Origin: Octopus sinensis
Lineage: Eukaryota
Assembly (NCBI RefSeq): GCF_006345805.1
Contig: NC_043001.1
Coordinates: 81,592,001 to 81,656,000 of the forward strand
Direction of reading: 5' to 3'
DNA: 64,000 nucleotides
Part shown: in pieces, positions 48,861-62,319 of the stretch
How the letters are laid out: every line of letters begins with the position of its first letter
How positions within the stretch are numbered: the stretch's first letter is position 1
The notes under the pieces: generated by a model
The model's database searches: none
Seen by the model: the letters and a program-made list of their open reading frames with translations, nothing else
What the model was told of the DNA's origin: nothing
Made by a program: the position numbers and the translations under genes

Positions 48861-49554
48861 CATAGCTTTATAACAATATGCACACACACACACACACACA
48901 GCTACAGTACAAACATACATACCACATGACATAGCTAGAATATAACACACACACAGAACACAGCTATACTACAACATACACTACAGCAGTTGGCCAGGAG
49001 GAGCTGATGACAGAGCAGCAATGTCAGAATATACATTAGTTCTTCTGCAACTGTAATTGTCCTTAGATGGTAGTGGGTGGTGGAGAAGGCGATGGTGTTG
49101 GTGGTGGTTTGAGGGGAGGGGTGAAGAAGATGAGGGGAGAGGAGGAGTGAAGAAGAGAGAAACGGAAAAAAGAGGCACCACACCTCATCACTCTACTACT
49201 ACTACTACTAACAATAATGATAATAATAATAATTGCTCTCCTCCTCATTCTCGGTCCTCTTCAGCTTGTTGTCACTGCTGTTATTGTCATACAGAAATGG
49301 CTGATATTAAATTTCTAGAAGCTAAATAGGAGTTATTCAACCACAGCAATTGATATGTCAAGGACAAAAATTAACTGAAGCATACATAGATAGGTCAAAA
49401 GGTGAGTGTGGGTGGGTGCAGAACAGGGTTTATTACACAGTTTGCCTCTATCTACAGCTGCTGAAGCACAATGACAAAGAACAAAGCAAGGTTCCTTATC
49501 ATTAATTCAGTATATTTGTTTTCCCCTCATTCACAGTATTGGAGTAAGGATTAG

Positions 49555-50110
49555 GAGCAAAACAGGGTTAACTGTACAGTTTGCCCATCTACAAAACTGA
49601 GGTATGCACCAGGGGTATGCCACAGCTAATTTTATAGTTTGCCCATCTACAAAACTGAGATAAGTGCCAGGGGTATGTCAGAGTTAACTACAGTTTTCCC
49701 AACTACAAAGCTGATGTCAGTACCAGGGGTATGCCACATTTAACTGTACAGTTTGCCCTTCTATAGCTGTGGAAGTAATAACAAGTGATGTGCTAGGGTT
49801 AATTAGGGTTACCTGGTTATTTTTCCCCCCATTTGTAGCAGTTGAAGTAATATTAGGGCTAACTGTATAGTTTGCCCATCTATATCCAAGTAATGGCAAG
49901 TATACATCGATTCACAATATTGGGGTAAGAACTAGGAATGTGATAGGGTTACATGTATAGTTTACCCATCTACAATATTGAGGTAAGTAACAGAGTCATA
50001 TCAGAATTAGTTTGCCCATTCACAGCTGTTCAAGTAAAAGAAAATGATATATTGAGGTTATCCTATTAGTTTGCCCATCTGTAGCAGTTGTAATGTCAGG
50101 GTTAACTGCA
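49555..50110. repeat. degenerate ~60-bp minisatellite (GGGTTAACTGTA.AGTTTGCCCATCTA)
   Basis: About 9 recurrences of AGTTTGCCCATCT-like motifs. Confidence 0.8.
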
Positions 50111-51059
50111 CAAGGATATAGAGTAAAGCCAAAAAATTTCCCAACAACAACACTATATTAAAAGCCATAGAATAATGGTGTGGAAGCTAAGATTTTGCCC
50201 ATCCGCAACAGTTAAATTAAGAACAGAGAACTAATATGTATTTATATTAAAAACAACAACGAAAAACAAAACAAAAAACCCTTAATCATAAACAAGATAC
50301 CAAAGGCTCATTATACTTCAAAGGGACCAACATGAGTGGCGCCTAATATAAATATGCAAGAAACTTAATCAACGCTGAGGGTTGTTGCTGCTGTCACAGA
50401 TCACAGATGTTAGAAATGCAACATTGCTACTAGATTGAAAATACTGCAACTACATGTATGCAATACATCTCTGCCATATGTGTGAATGAGAGTGTGCACA
50501 CTTTGTTTTCGATAGACCCATCTGCTTTACAGATGTGTGTCAAACCAATGAGGGAGTCTCTATCTGTGTCAGGGGTGGGGCAAACTTTTTTTTTTGGTAG
50601 TGACAAGGGACAAATTATAAGTGCCTTAAGAAGTGCCATTTGTGGCACATCTGTGCTACTGAGAAAAATAGAAAGAAAACTGTTAATTTTATAAATGCAA
50701 AAACATGCAACATATTAAAATTACATTTGAGAATTTAGAAGGGTTTGCTAATGAGCATAATTTCCACTGCAAGCAAGGGGTTCCCCCCCACCATACTCAA
50801 CTTAGCTCTATGTGGTCACTCGACCTGCTAGAAACAACACCCAAACAACCCTCAAATCATGTTCTATGGCCTTCACAGAAAGATGGACATATTGCATAAA
50901 GCAATCCTCAGTACAGACCCCCCCCCCGAAATAATCACAAATGGAATGTCACTGATCATAGCTCTACTTGATCATTGCTGACCAAGGGCTAAACAACATG
51001 TGTCTACATTTCCCAACAAGTCTTTGCTTGTGACAGTGTGTATCAATGTACCATTCAAC

Positions 51060-51264
51060 GTGATAATCCTTTCTACTATAGGCACAAGGCCTGAAATTTT
51101 GATTAGGTCTACCCAGTACGCAGCTGGTACTTAATTTATCGACCCTGAAAGGATGAAAGGCAAAGTTGACATCAGCAGAATTTGAATTCAGAATGTAAAG
51201 ACAGACGAAATACCGCTCAGTAATTTACCCAGCGTACTAACGGTTCAGCTAGCACGCTGCCTTG

Positions 51265-51295
<31 letters not shown>

Positions 51296-51883
51296 CGGTT
51301 TCAAATTTTGGCACAGGGCTAGTAATTCAACTGGTACTTGTTTTATCAACCCCACAAAATGGTAAAAGGCAAAGTCAATCCTGGTGAAATTTGAACTAAG
51401 AATGTAATGAAGTAAAAGAAATGGCACTAAGTATTTGGTCCAGCTTGCAGCCATAACAATAATAATAATCCTTTCTACTATAGGCACAAGACCTGAAATT
51501 TAAGGGGAGGAGGTGCCAGTCAATTAGATTGGCCCCCAGTACACAACTGGTACTTAATTTATCAACCCTGAAAGGATAAAAGGCAAAGTCGACCTCGGCG
51601 GAATTTGAACTCAGAACGTAAAGACTGACAAAATACTGCTAAGCATTTTGCCCGCCATGCTAACGATTCTGCCAGCTCATTGCCTTAATAATAATAATAA
51701 TAATAATAATAATCTTTTCTACTATAGGCACAAAGCCTGAAATTTTGGGAGAAGGGGTAAGTCACTTACATCAACCCCAGGCCACAACTGGTACTTATTT
51801 TATTGACCTCGGCAGAATTTGAACTCAGAAATGCTGCTAAGCATTTTGCTTGGCGTACTAATGATTCTGCCAGTTCACTTCCT

Positions 51884-51917
<34 letters not shown>

Positions 51918-53499
51918 TAATAATTTCTTATATCAAGTGGCTATAATAGAAAAAGGTTGCATGATAGCAAGACTGAAGGGTCTAAAGACAGATACTTTTC
52001 TCTCAGGCCAGAACCTCATCAAGAAGGAATTGGGAGAAGAGGACGACCGTGGAGAAGAGGGCGATGGCAAAGAGACTGACAGTGGAGAGGAAGGCACTGC
52101 CCAAGTGATTTCTGATGTTTACACAAGGCCAGATACTTCGTGGGGAGGAGCAAGCACAGGAAAATTTTAATCGACCAACAATGCTATTTGATATTCATTT
52201 TATCATTCACAGTCAAAGCATTGACAAAATCACGCCGAGGCAGGATTTGAACTTGAAATGTAGAGGCAACAAACATAATTAGATATATTTCGAACAAAAC
52301 ACAACAAACCACGATTTCCATCAAACGTATGTCACAAATTTCAGAAAAGGGTTACAGTTGATTATGTTACTCCCTGAGTAGACCACTGGTACTTTATAAA
52401 TGAGTCAATGAAGGAGTCACTACATGATTGATCAACCTGAAGGAAATAACAGCCAAATCTCCCTAAAGTCGTTACTTACTGTCTTAAAGAAAGACTGCTT
52501 AAGACAATATTCAGGATGGTCATAACTGGAGAAGCTTTGATCATACTGTCTTCCCAAATAGGGCTAACCTGGGGTTAAACAACAGCTATTATTTTATTAT
52601 TTTATTGATTACTGAAAGAATGAAGAGTTAAATTGCAAAGCACTTTTTATCCCATGCTCTAACGATTCTATTTATCTAATAATGGTTTCTATTTTGGCAC
52701 AAGGCCAGCAATCAATTTGATGGAGGTGGGTAAGTCATTTACATCAACCCCAGAGCTCCATCCCAAAAGGACGAAAGACAAAGTCAACCTCAGCAGAATT
52801 TGAACTCAACCCCGAAAGGATGAAGGGCGAAGTTGGCCTCGAGACAGAATTCGAACTCAGAACGTAAAGACAGACAAAATACTACTAAGCATTTTACCCA
52901 GCATGCTTAAAGATTCTCAATAATAATGATGATGATGATGATTTGGGAAAGGCAACATGGTCATTTGTTACACTAAAAACTCATGCTCCACTGTTTTACA
53001 AAAAGGTTATACCATATATTTATGGGTCTGCTTAATCAAGGCCAGCTCGGGCCTAAACAACAACAACTACTACTACTAATAATAATAATTAATCATAATA
53101 ATCTTGTAAATAATCATAACAATTGTAATAGTAATTGTTATGATTAATGATTATATTTATAAGATTATTTTATTATTACAATTGTTATAATAATAATAAT
53201 AATTTATTCTTTTATCAGCCACAAGGACTCACAATAACATTAAACTAATATAATGAAAATAATAATGGTTTCAAATTTTGGCACAAAGCCAGCAATTTGG
53301 GGGAGGGGGCTAGTCACATCAACGTCAGTGTTCAACTGCTATTTATTTTATAGACCCTGAAAGGATGAAAGGCAAAGTTGACCTGGTCAGAGTTTGAACT
53401 CAGAACGTAAAGGCGGGTGAAATGTTGCCAAGCATTTAACGATTCTGCCAACTTGCCACCTTAATAATAATATTAATAATAATAATAATAATAATAATA

Positions 53500-53531
<32 letters not shown>

Positions 53532-54474
53532 TCCTCCTTATTTAGGTACAAGGCCAGTAAATTTGAGGGGAGGAATGGGTAAATTGATAACATTCGCCTC
53601 AGGTATTTTACTGGTATTATATATTATCAACCCCAAAAGGATGAAAGGGGCAGCTGACATCAATGCTTCAACAATTCTGCCAGCTATCCATCCTAATGAT
53701 AATTTTTAACTTAGACACAAGATCAGCTATTTTGAAAGTAAAGGGGAGGGTCGTTTAGTCGAGTACAGCAACTCCAGTACTTGACTGTTACTTTATTCGA
53801 TCAAGCGTCACCGCTAAGAGATAGAATGTAAAGTTGACCTCGGCTGAATTTGAACTCAAACTGTAAAGAACCATAACTAGATCACTGCTCTAACAATTCT
53901 ATCCATCCACTGCCATGCTAGTGCTAATAATAATTTCTATAATAAGCCAGGAATTTTGAGTGGTGAGGTGTAGTCGATTGTATTGATTCCAATTTTTGAT
54001 TATTAGTTCTTCGGTTATTGAACCCAGGAAGGAAGAAAGTGGAAGAAGAATACGATGGGAGTTGAATTGATAATGTATTGATTTCTAATGTAGATAGAAG
54101 AGCTATACAATTTGGTAAAGTCAATAGCCAATCGTATCAGTTCCATGCCACACCTCCTGCTTCTGTATTTATTTCACTGGTACTTCATTCTAATGAATCC
54201 AGAAGAAAAAAAAATAAATAGATGACTACGCTGAGATTTGAACAACTAAATATTACCAACCACTTTACAGAAAAAAAAAAAAATTCAATACAACAACAAC
54301 AACAATAATAATGATGATGATGATGATGATGATGATGATGGCTTCAAATTTTGCCACAAGGGCAGCAATTTTTGTGGGGGAGGTGATGAATTGATTATAT
54401 GGATCTCAGTATTTAAATGATTCTTATTTTATTGACCCCCCGAAAGGATGAAAGGTAAAGTCAAACTTGGCAGA

Positions 54475-54513
<39 letters not shown>

Positions 54514-56242
54514 CCTTTCTAGTGTAGGCATTAGGCCTGAAGTTTTTAAGGAGAGGGCTAGCTGATTACATCAACCCCAGTGCTCAACTCGTACTTGTTT
54601 TGTCAGCCTCGAAAGGATGAAAGGCAAAGCTCACCTCGGTGGAATTTGAACTCAGGATGTAAAGACAAATGAAATTTCGCTAAGCATTTTGCTTAGCGTG
54701 CTAACAATTCTACCAGCTCACCGCCTTGATAATAATAATAATAAAATAATAATAATAATAATTGTAGAGTAGCTCACTTATTTTATGTAAATTATTCTCC
54801 ATGGAAATACAATTCTATTCATTCAATCTTATAAATTTTTTAACGAGATTTTTTTTTTATAACACACAAAGCTTTTTTTTTTTTTTCCATTGCATAGCAT
54901 CTCACCTGTTTGCATTTTTAGGTGCAAAAACTTGTTGTCCCTTGATATCTCTCGGTGGGACTTGGGTGCAGCTTGTAATAAATTACAGCAATGCTTAATT
55001 AATAATAACCCTTTCTACTATAGGCACAAGGCCCGAAATTTTGTGGGGAGAGGACTATAGTCAATTACATCGACCCCAGTGTTTCACTGGTACTTAATTT
55101 AATGACATCAAAAAGATGAAAGGCAAAAGTGACCTCAGCAGAATTTGAACTCAGAACGTACAGATGAACGAAATGCCACTAAGCATTTTGCTCGCCATGT
55201 TAACAATTCTGCCAACTCACCACCATAATAATAATAATAATAATAAAATAATAATAATAATAAATGATGATGATGATGATGACAGCTTCTGATGTAAGCA
55301 CAAGGTCAGCAATTTAGCAAGTCAGATGTTTAGCCAATAGCACTGGACTCAGTACATGAGTACTTTCCTATTTTCTTCTACTGACATTGAAAAGATAAAT
55401 AGCAAAATAGACTTCAACAGGATTTGAAACCCAGAACATAAGAAGACGAGAAAAAAGGCACTAAATATTTTTTTCCAACACTCCAACACTTCTCCCTATT
55501 TATCTACTCTTTATAATAAATGTTTGTAGCATAGAGGCACAAGTCCTGAAATTGGAAGTGGAGGAATTTGATATCACTGACCCCCCACCCCCCAGTATAT
55601 AACTGGTACTTTATTTTATTGACGTCGAAAGGATAGAAGGTAAAGTTGATCTAAAGAGGATTTGAACTCAGAATGTAAAAAGCCAGAAGAAAAACAACAA
55701 AACATTTTGTCCAAGGATCTAATGATTCTGCTCTAATAATAATAATAATAATAATAAATAATAATAATAATAATGATGATGATGATGATGACAGCTTCTG
55801 ATGTAAGCACAAGGTCAGCAATTTAGCAAGTCAGATGTTTAGCCAATAGCACTGGACTCAGTACATGAGTACTTTCCTATTTTCTTCTACTGACATTGAA
55901 AAGATAAATAGCAAAATAGACTTCAACAGGATTTGAAACCCAGAACATAAGAAGACGAGAAAAAAGGCACTAAATATTTTTTTCCAACACTCCAACACTT
56001 CTCCCTATTTATCTACTCTTTATAATAAATGTTTGTAGCATAGAGGCACAAGTCCTGAAATTGGAAGTGGAGGAATTTGATATCACTGACCCCCCACCCC
56101 CCAGTATATAACTGGTACTTTATTTTATTGACGTCGAAAGGATAGAAGGTAAAGTTGATCTAAAGAGGATTTGAACTCAGAATGTAAAAAGCCAGAAGAA
56201 AAACAACAAAACATTTTGTCCAAGGATCTAATGATTCTGCTC

Positions 56243-56281
<39 letters not shown>

Positions 56282-56760
56282 TGATGATGATGATGATGAT
56301 GATAAAAATGGTTTTAGATTTTGGCACAAAGGCAGCAATTTTGGGGAGGGGACAAGTTAATTACATTGACCCCAGTGCTCAACTGGTACTTATTTTACTG
56401 ACCCAAGAAGGATGAGAGGCAAAGTAGACTTCAGTGCAATTTGAACTCAGAATGTAAAGATGGACGAAATGCTGCTTAGCCTTTTGCCTGGGGTGCTTAT
56501 TAATTCTGCCAATAATAATAATAATAATAATCCTTTCTAATGAAGGCACAAGGTCTGAAATTTGTGGCAAGGGAAATAGTTGATTACATCAACCCCAGTG
56601 CTTCACTGGTACTCAATTTTACTGACCATGAAAGGATGAAAGGCAAAGTTGATCCTGGCAGAATTTGAACTCAGAATGTAAAGATAGGCGAAATGCCACT
56701 AAGCATTTTGCCCAGTGTGCTAATGATTCTGCCAGCTAGCTCCCTTAATAATAATAATAA
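51060..56760 (-). mobile_element. head-to-tail chain of about 20 Meta-core SINEs separated by (AAT)n/(GAT)n tracts
   Basis: Repeated CTTTCTACTATAGGCACAAGGCCTGAAATT..GAAAGGATGAAAGGCAAAGT..GAATTTGAACTCAG..ATTCTGCCAGCT units, all in one orientation, typically preceded by a trinucleotide run. Confidence 0.92.
55281..56298. repeat. 509-bp perfect tandem duplication inside the SINE chain
   Basis: GACAGCTTCTGATGTAAGCAC at 55281 and 55790; no differences seen outside the microsatellites. Confidence 0.95.
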
Positions 56761-57499
56761 TAATAATTCTAGTATGAAAAAAAACCAAAAAAAAAAAACA
56801 ATTTCTTGCAGCAACAAAAAAAAGAGTATTTTCTCTATTAGACACAAGAGTCAATGATATATATAAAAAAAGAAAAACAACTATATAACCCCACCACCAA
56901 AAAAACCAAAAAAAAAACTAACAAAATACAAAATGTGATGTGTGTGGGTGCAGAGGTATGGATTAGTGGTTAAAGTGTTCATTTTGTAGTCATGATATTT
57001 CTGGTTCGATCCCACTGTATGGCATCTTGGACATTTTTTTCTTTAAACCATTGCCTTGAATGGACCCAAGCCTTGTGAGCAAGAACGAGTGGAGAAAAAT
57101 GGTGTGGAAAATCAGAAGATGGCTGTCAGAGGGACCATACCAGTAATGCAATAGGGGTCAGTTTTATCGCAAAGTGTGTCACACAGGTGTTTCTTTTCTT
57201 TTTTCCTGCTTTTTTCCCCCGATAATTATGTTAAGGTTACAAGTGTCTGTGGAAAATTCTGCCAGTTAGACCACAACTGACCAAACAGCTGGAAGAACTC
57301 ATCTTAAAACTGAAGAGCAAGCCATTAACTTATATTAAAAAAAAATTTTTTTATGTGTGTGTGTGTGTGTGTTTGGGAATATACATACATGAGAGTGTGT
57401 GTACACATATATATATCATCATTTGTATATATTCCAAAGAGAAAGAGAGATAGAGATATGAGCATGAGTGTATATATACATGTGTGGATAGATAAATAG

Positions 57500-57555
<56 letters not shown>

Positions 57556-58084
57556 AACAGACAGACAGATGGGGAACAGGTAGAGATAGATAGATAGGTG
57601 GATAGATGGATGGATAGATAGATAGATAGATAGATAGATAGAAAGGTAGACAGACAGACAGACAAGCATGTGTGTGCAACAATGATTTCTGATGTTAAAT
57701 GATTTATTATATAAGTACATAATAAATAAATAGATAATAGATAAATAAAGATGATGATGATGATAACGACAACACCATAAGGATAACACCATAACGATAA
57801 ATAAATAATAGAGTAAGGATAAGTCACCTTTAAGGCAGTGTGCAATCCCCAGGCTAGTAGCACAGCAGTAATATTGTATAAAATGGAAAGTCAGTCAGCA
57901 GGTAAAAAGACAGTTTTGCCTGTCACCACCACCACCACTACAACACTTTTACTCACACTCTTTCTCTCCTTCTCTCTTCTCACCTCTCTCTATCTCTCTC
58001 TTTCGCTTTCTCTACCCCCACTCCTCTCACTTAGGGCTACTGACATCAGCAGCTGTAACAGCAAAGATGATGGCGGTGGTGATG

Positions 58085-59240
58085 GTGGTGGTGGTGTTAA
58101 GGAACTAACGATGTCAGTAGTAGCAGCAGGCATGTTGAGACAGTGAGAGAGGAGAAGTAAGAGGAGGAGGAGGAAGTAAAGGAAGGTAGTGGTGGTGTTT
58201 GTTGGATGGTATGTGTTGTAGTAGCTGAAGTAGTAGTTGTTGTAGTAGTAGCTTTGTCAATCATAGCAGTGCTGTGGCTATATCACTGGTATTGGTGGTA
58301 GCATCAGCTACACTACAAACATAATTACTATAGTGGCAGAGTTGGTGATGGTAGTAGTACAGGTAGTAGTAGTGGTATCAGCTACAACAATCTATGAGAA
58401 TGGTTGGCTGCCGAGGCTTATGCTGTAGTATCACCCACAAAAACACTATGACCATAGTGATGATGATGGTAGTGATGGAAATAGTATCAGTTGCAGTATT
58501 GCTGTGGTGGCTTAAGTGGTAGTAGTGGTGGCAGTGTACATGGAAGTAGCAGCTACAGTAGTGTTATAATCATAATACAGTGTGGTGGTGGTGGTGTAGG
58601 TGGTAATGGTATAGGTTATAGTAGCAGCAAGAGTAATACTACAGAGAGCATAATGTGGTGGTGGTGGTGTTAAGGAACTAACGATGTCAGTAGTAGCAGC
58701 AGGCATGTTGAGACAGTGAGAGAGGAGAAGTAAGAGGAGGAGGAGGAAGTAAAGGAAGGTAGTGGTGGTGTTTGTTGGATGGTATGTGTTGTAGTAGCTG
58801 AAGTAGTAGTTGTTGTAGTAGTAGCTTTGTCAATCATAGCAGTGCTGTGGCTATATCACTGGTATTGGTGGTAGCATCAGCTACACTACAAACATAATTA
58901 CTATAGTGGCAGAGTTGGTGATGGTAGTAGTACAGGTAGTAGTAGTGGTATCAGCTACAACAATCTATGAGAATGGTTGGCTGCCGAGGCTTATGCTGTA
59001 GTATCACCCACAAAAACACTATGACCATAGTGATGATGATGGTAGTGATGGAAATAGTATCAGTTGCAGTATTGCTGTGGTGGCTTAAGTGGTAGTAGTG
59101 GTGGCAGTGTACATGGAAGTAGCAGCTACAGTAGTGTTATAATCATAATACAGTGTGGTGGTGGTGGTGTAGGTGGTAATGGTATAGGTTATAGTAGCAG
59201 CAAGAGTAATACTACAGAGAGCATAATGTGGTGGTGGTGG
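58085..59240. repeat. 573-bp perfect tandem duplication of GT-rich low-complexity DNA
   Basis: TTAAGGAACTAACG at 58097 and 58670; duplicated ORFs at 58491 and 59064; junctions lie in (GGT)n. Confidence 0.95.
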
Positions 59241-59894
59241 TGGTAGTAGTTATAATGGTATAGGCCATAGTAGCAGCTAGAGTAATGCTCAACCATAGTG
59301 GTGGTGGTAGTAGTAGTTTCAACAGATATCATTGAAGAAGTAGTAGTAGTACTACTACTACAACCAATACTACATTTCACATTAGAAATACCACTGAATA
59401 TACAACTACCTGCACAACTATTACACATCAGCAACAGCACTGGTCATACTAGCACACATACAACTACATTCCACACTAATAGTACCACTGAATGTACAAC
59501 CACTTGTACAACATTACACACGTATGCCACCACTGATTCACACTACCACCTAGACAACAGCATCATATACATACGACACCACTGACTGTACTAGTACCTA
59601 TACATACTGATTATATTGATATCAGTATGTGCTGGTTAACTTACAAAACAACAAGGAAATATGTGGTAGCTGTGTTGTAGTATACAACATAGTGGTAGTT
59701 GGCCAGCAGGCTGTGCTTGTAGGGGTGGTAGTACAGAAAAGCTTTCAAGATGCAGTGGTAGTGGTATTGTGGCGATAGTGGTGATGGCAGTGTGTTGTTG
59801 GTGGTGGTGGTTGTGGTGTTACAAAAAAATTGTAGTTGCGCTAGTACCAGTGTAGTAAGAGCATTGTTGTGTTGTAGTGCTGATGTGAGTGCTG

Positions 59895-60080
59895 CTGTTT
59901 AGCCCTGGGTTACCTGTAACAGACAGATCTATGATCAGAGGCATGGAAAACAGTGACCATCTCACCTTTCCCTCGGGTGCAATAGAACCGCAATCACATT
60001 CAACACGTCCCTTTTTCCTGTTTTGAAGACGGTAGGATGCAATTGTGAAAATGATTTGTCTGCTATTTCTAGCACATTGT
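59895..60080 (-). mobile_element. dispersed repeat tail (CTAGAAATAGCAG..CTACCGTCTT..GGGCTAAACA family; LINE/SINE 3' end)
   Basis: Related copies near 27390-27580, 30420-30560, 38300-38460, 50810-51000 and 52430-52580. Confidence 0.7.
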
Positions 60081-61155
60081 ACAACCACATACATGCTCCC
60101 TTGTTAGCTTGTAGTACTAGCATTAATTAACAGTGTGATAGCAGTGTGCTAGTAGTAGTGGTAATAGTAGTGATGGTGGTAGTAGTAGTAGTGGCGGTGA
60201 TGGTAGAATACAGGTTTTGGTTATGATGTTCATAGTGCCACATGTGTCCACAGTGATATTGGCAGTGGTGGTCATGGTGGTAGAGGCAGTCAAGACAGAG
60301 CGGAAGGTAGGTGAGGGTATCAACAATAACACTATAGCTCCAACCACAGCAACACATCACCACCACCACCGCTACAATGCTTGCCACCATCACCATCTTC
60401 GTTAAACAATGCATACAGCAAAAATAAATACGCATCGCTGGCGATCACATGCAAACAGCTGCACATGTGTGCACTGATGTTTGCAAGCAAGTGCGCGTGT
60501 GTGTGTGTGTGTGTGTGGATGAAGATAATTCGATGCACTATAACATAAACAACTGCATCAACACATGCCTCGTTACATACACTTGTACACGTGTGCATAT
60601 AAGTGTGTATACGCATGCATGCACGAATGCACATCAATCAAACACCTGCTTTAACATGTTTTCCTATGACTTCTAACAGCTACAAAAGCATATGCATGTA
60701 CACACAAAACACAGTATACAGATTATTATACACATACATACACACACACATGTGCATGCAACCTGCAGCTGTTCTTGCCGCAATCAATGAGATCAAACTT
60801 ATTGTGTGTGCATACCTTGCATTCTTCACATATTTCTGTTGATCAAAGATTGACAATCATTGACACCGCTGCAAAAGTGCTGCACCAATATTAAACTCTA
60901 CTACTGCATTCCAACTGCAAACCCTCACTCCTTCCTGCCTACACTCTACAAAGGAATGTAAAACTATTAGAGAGTGTTGGTACCACACCAACTACGAGGG
61001 GCACAAGATCAATCTGCAGGACATTCTTTTAACCTTTAACTCTTCTCAAGAGTGCAAGAAAGAGGAAAGAGATCTTTATGCAGGTTTAACATTGTCGCCC
61101 TGGATTTTGTGAAAGCAAAAAAAAATTGTGATCCATCAACAGGGGGTTATATAGA

Positions 61156-61493
61156 TTAACCCTTTAGCGTTCAGATTATTCTGTCAAATATAATGCTTAT
61201 TAACACATATTGTTTTGAATTAAACATGCATTTTCATGTAGCTTCAAGATTTCGATGATGCAATTGTTTATTTGTAAGAATGACATTATAGGGTCTGTGT
61301 GAGAGGTTGGATCTGGCCAATTTGAACATAATACAAGTAGAACATTTCAGCCGGATATTACTCTTTACTCTTTTACTTGTTCCAGTCATTTGACTGCGGC
61401 CATGCTGGAGCATGGCCGCAGTGGTTGGTAAGCAAGCTACTTACCACACAGCCACTCCTGCGACTATGGTCGGTTTAAATGCTAAAGGGTTAA
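61156..61493. mobile_element. piggyBac-like MITE with nested, internally deleted SINE (~61360-61462)
   Basis: TTAA-CCCTTTAGCGTTC ... AAATGCTAAAGGG-TTAA; about 105 bp longer than sister copies. Confidence 0.88.
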
Positions 61494-62319
61494 ATCTTTT
61501 ATCTTTTTAACCCCTATTTTTTAAAATTATATTTCTGTTGAAGTACACAGTCTAATTCTGAAAATAAGGAAGAGTTTAGTAAAGTAACTTTGTCACTATT
61601 AAACAGGTGTTTGGGGGTATAAACTAACATGGGATTTCAATGGGAACTTTTTATCACTTAGGTGGTCGTAGTGGTGGTGGCGGCAGTGTACATGGAAGCA
61701 GCTACAGTAGTGTTATAATCATAATACAGTGTGGTGGTGGTGGTGTAGGTGGTAATGGTATAGGTTATAGTAGCAGCAAGAGTAATACTACAGAGAGCAT
61801 AATGTGGTGGTGGTAGTAGTTATAATGGTATAGGCCATAGTAGCAGCTAGAGTAATGCTCAACCATGGTGGTGGTGATGATAGTTGTAGTTTCAACAGAT
61901 ATCATTGAAGTAGTACTAGTATTACTACTACTACAACCAATACTACATTTCACACTAGAATACCACCAAATGTACAACTACCTACACAACTATATTACAC
62001 ATCAGCAACACCACTAGTCATACTAGCACATATACAACTATATCTGTGTTAGGGGTGGGACAAACTTTTTTTTTTGTAGTGTCAAGGGACAAATTGTAAG
62101 TGCCTAAGAAGAGCCATTTGTGGTATCTTTTCTTACCATATTTCCGTTGAAATATATGGCTTTTGTTTCAATTAATTTTTTAAATAATGAAGAATTTAGT
62201 AAAATAACTGTTGTTATCAAGTTGGTCTTTTGGAACAAAAATTAACAGGAAATTTTTGCAGAAGCTTTTTAACTTAGATTACTTTAATACATTACTTTAA
62301 CCCCTTTCTTAACATATTT

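Noticed and set aside
51995-52170. Purine-rich plus-strand ORF after an acceptor-like site (GQNLIKKELGEEDDRGEEG..)
   Set aside because: No donor, opposite strand to the host gene, no partner exons. An alternative frame (GRRGRPWRR) suggests a decayed RTE end.
59966-60017. Apparent 52-nt minus-strand exon (cag|GAAAAAGG..GAAAG|gtgaga; KRDVLNVIAVLLHPRE or KKGRVECDCGSIAPEGK)
   Set aside because: It lies inside a dispersed repeat tail with at least five relatives in the window. The splice-like sites are probably chance, and exonisation cannot be supported.
60816-60868. 53-nt segment with good acceptor and donor (ttttgcag| .. CAAG|gtatgc)
   Set aside because: Stops in all three frames; it could only be a UTR/start exon (ATG CAA G), and its only in-phase partner is the rejected repeat-derived exon.
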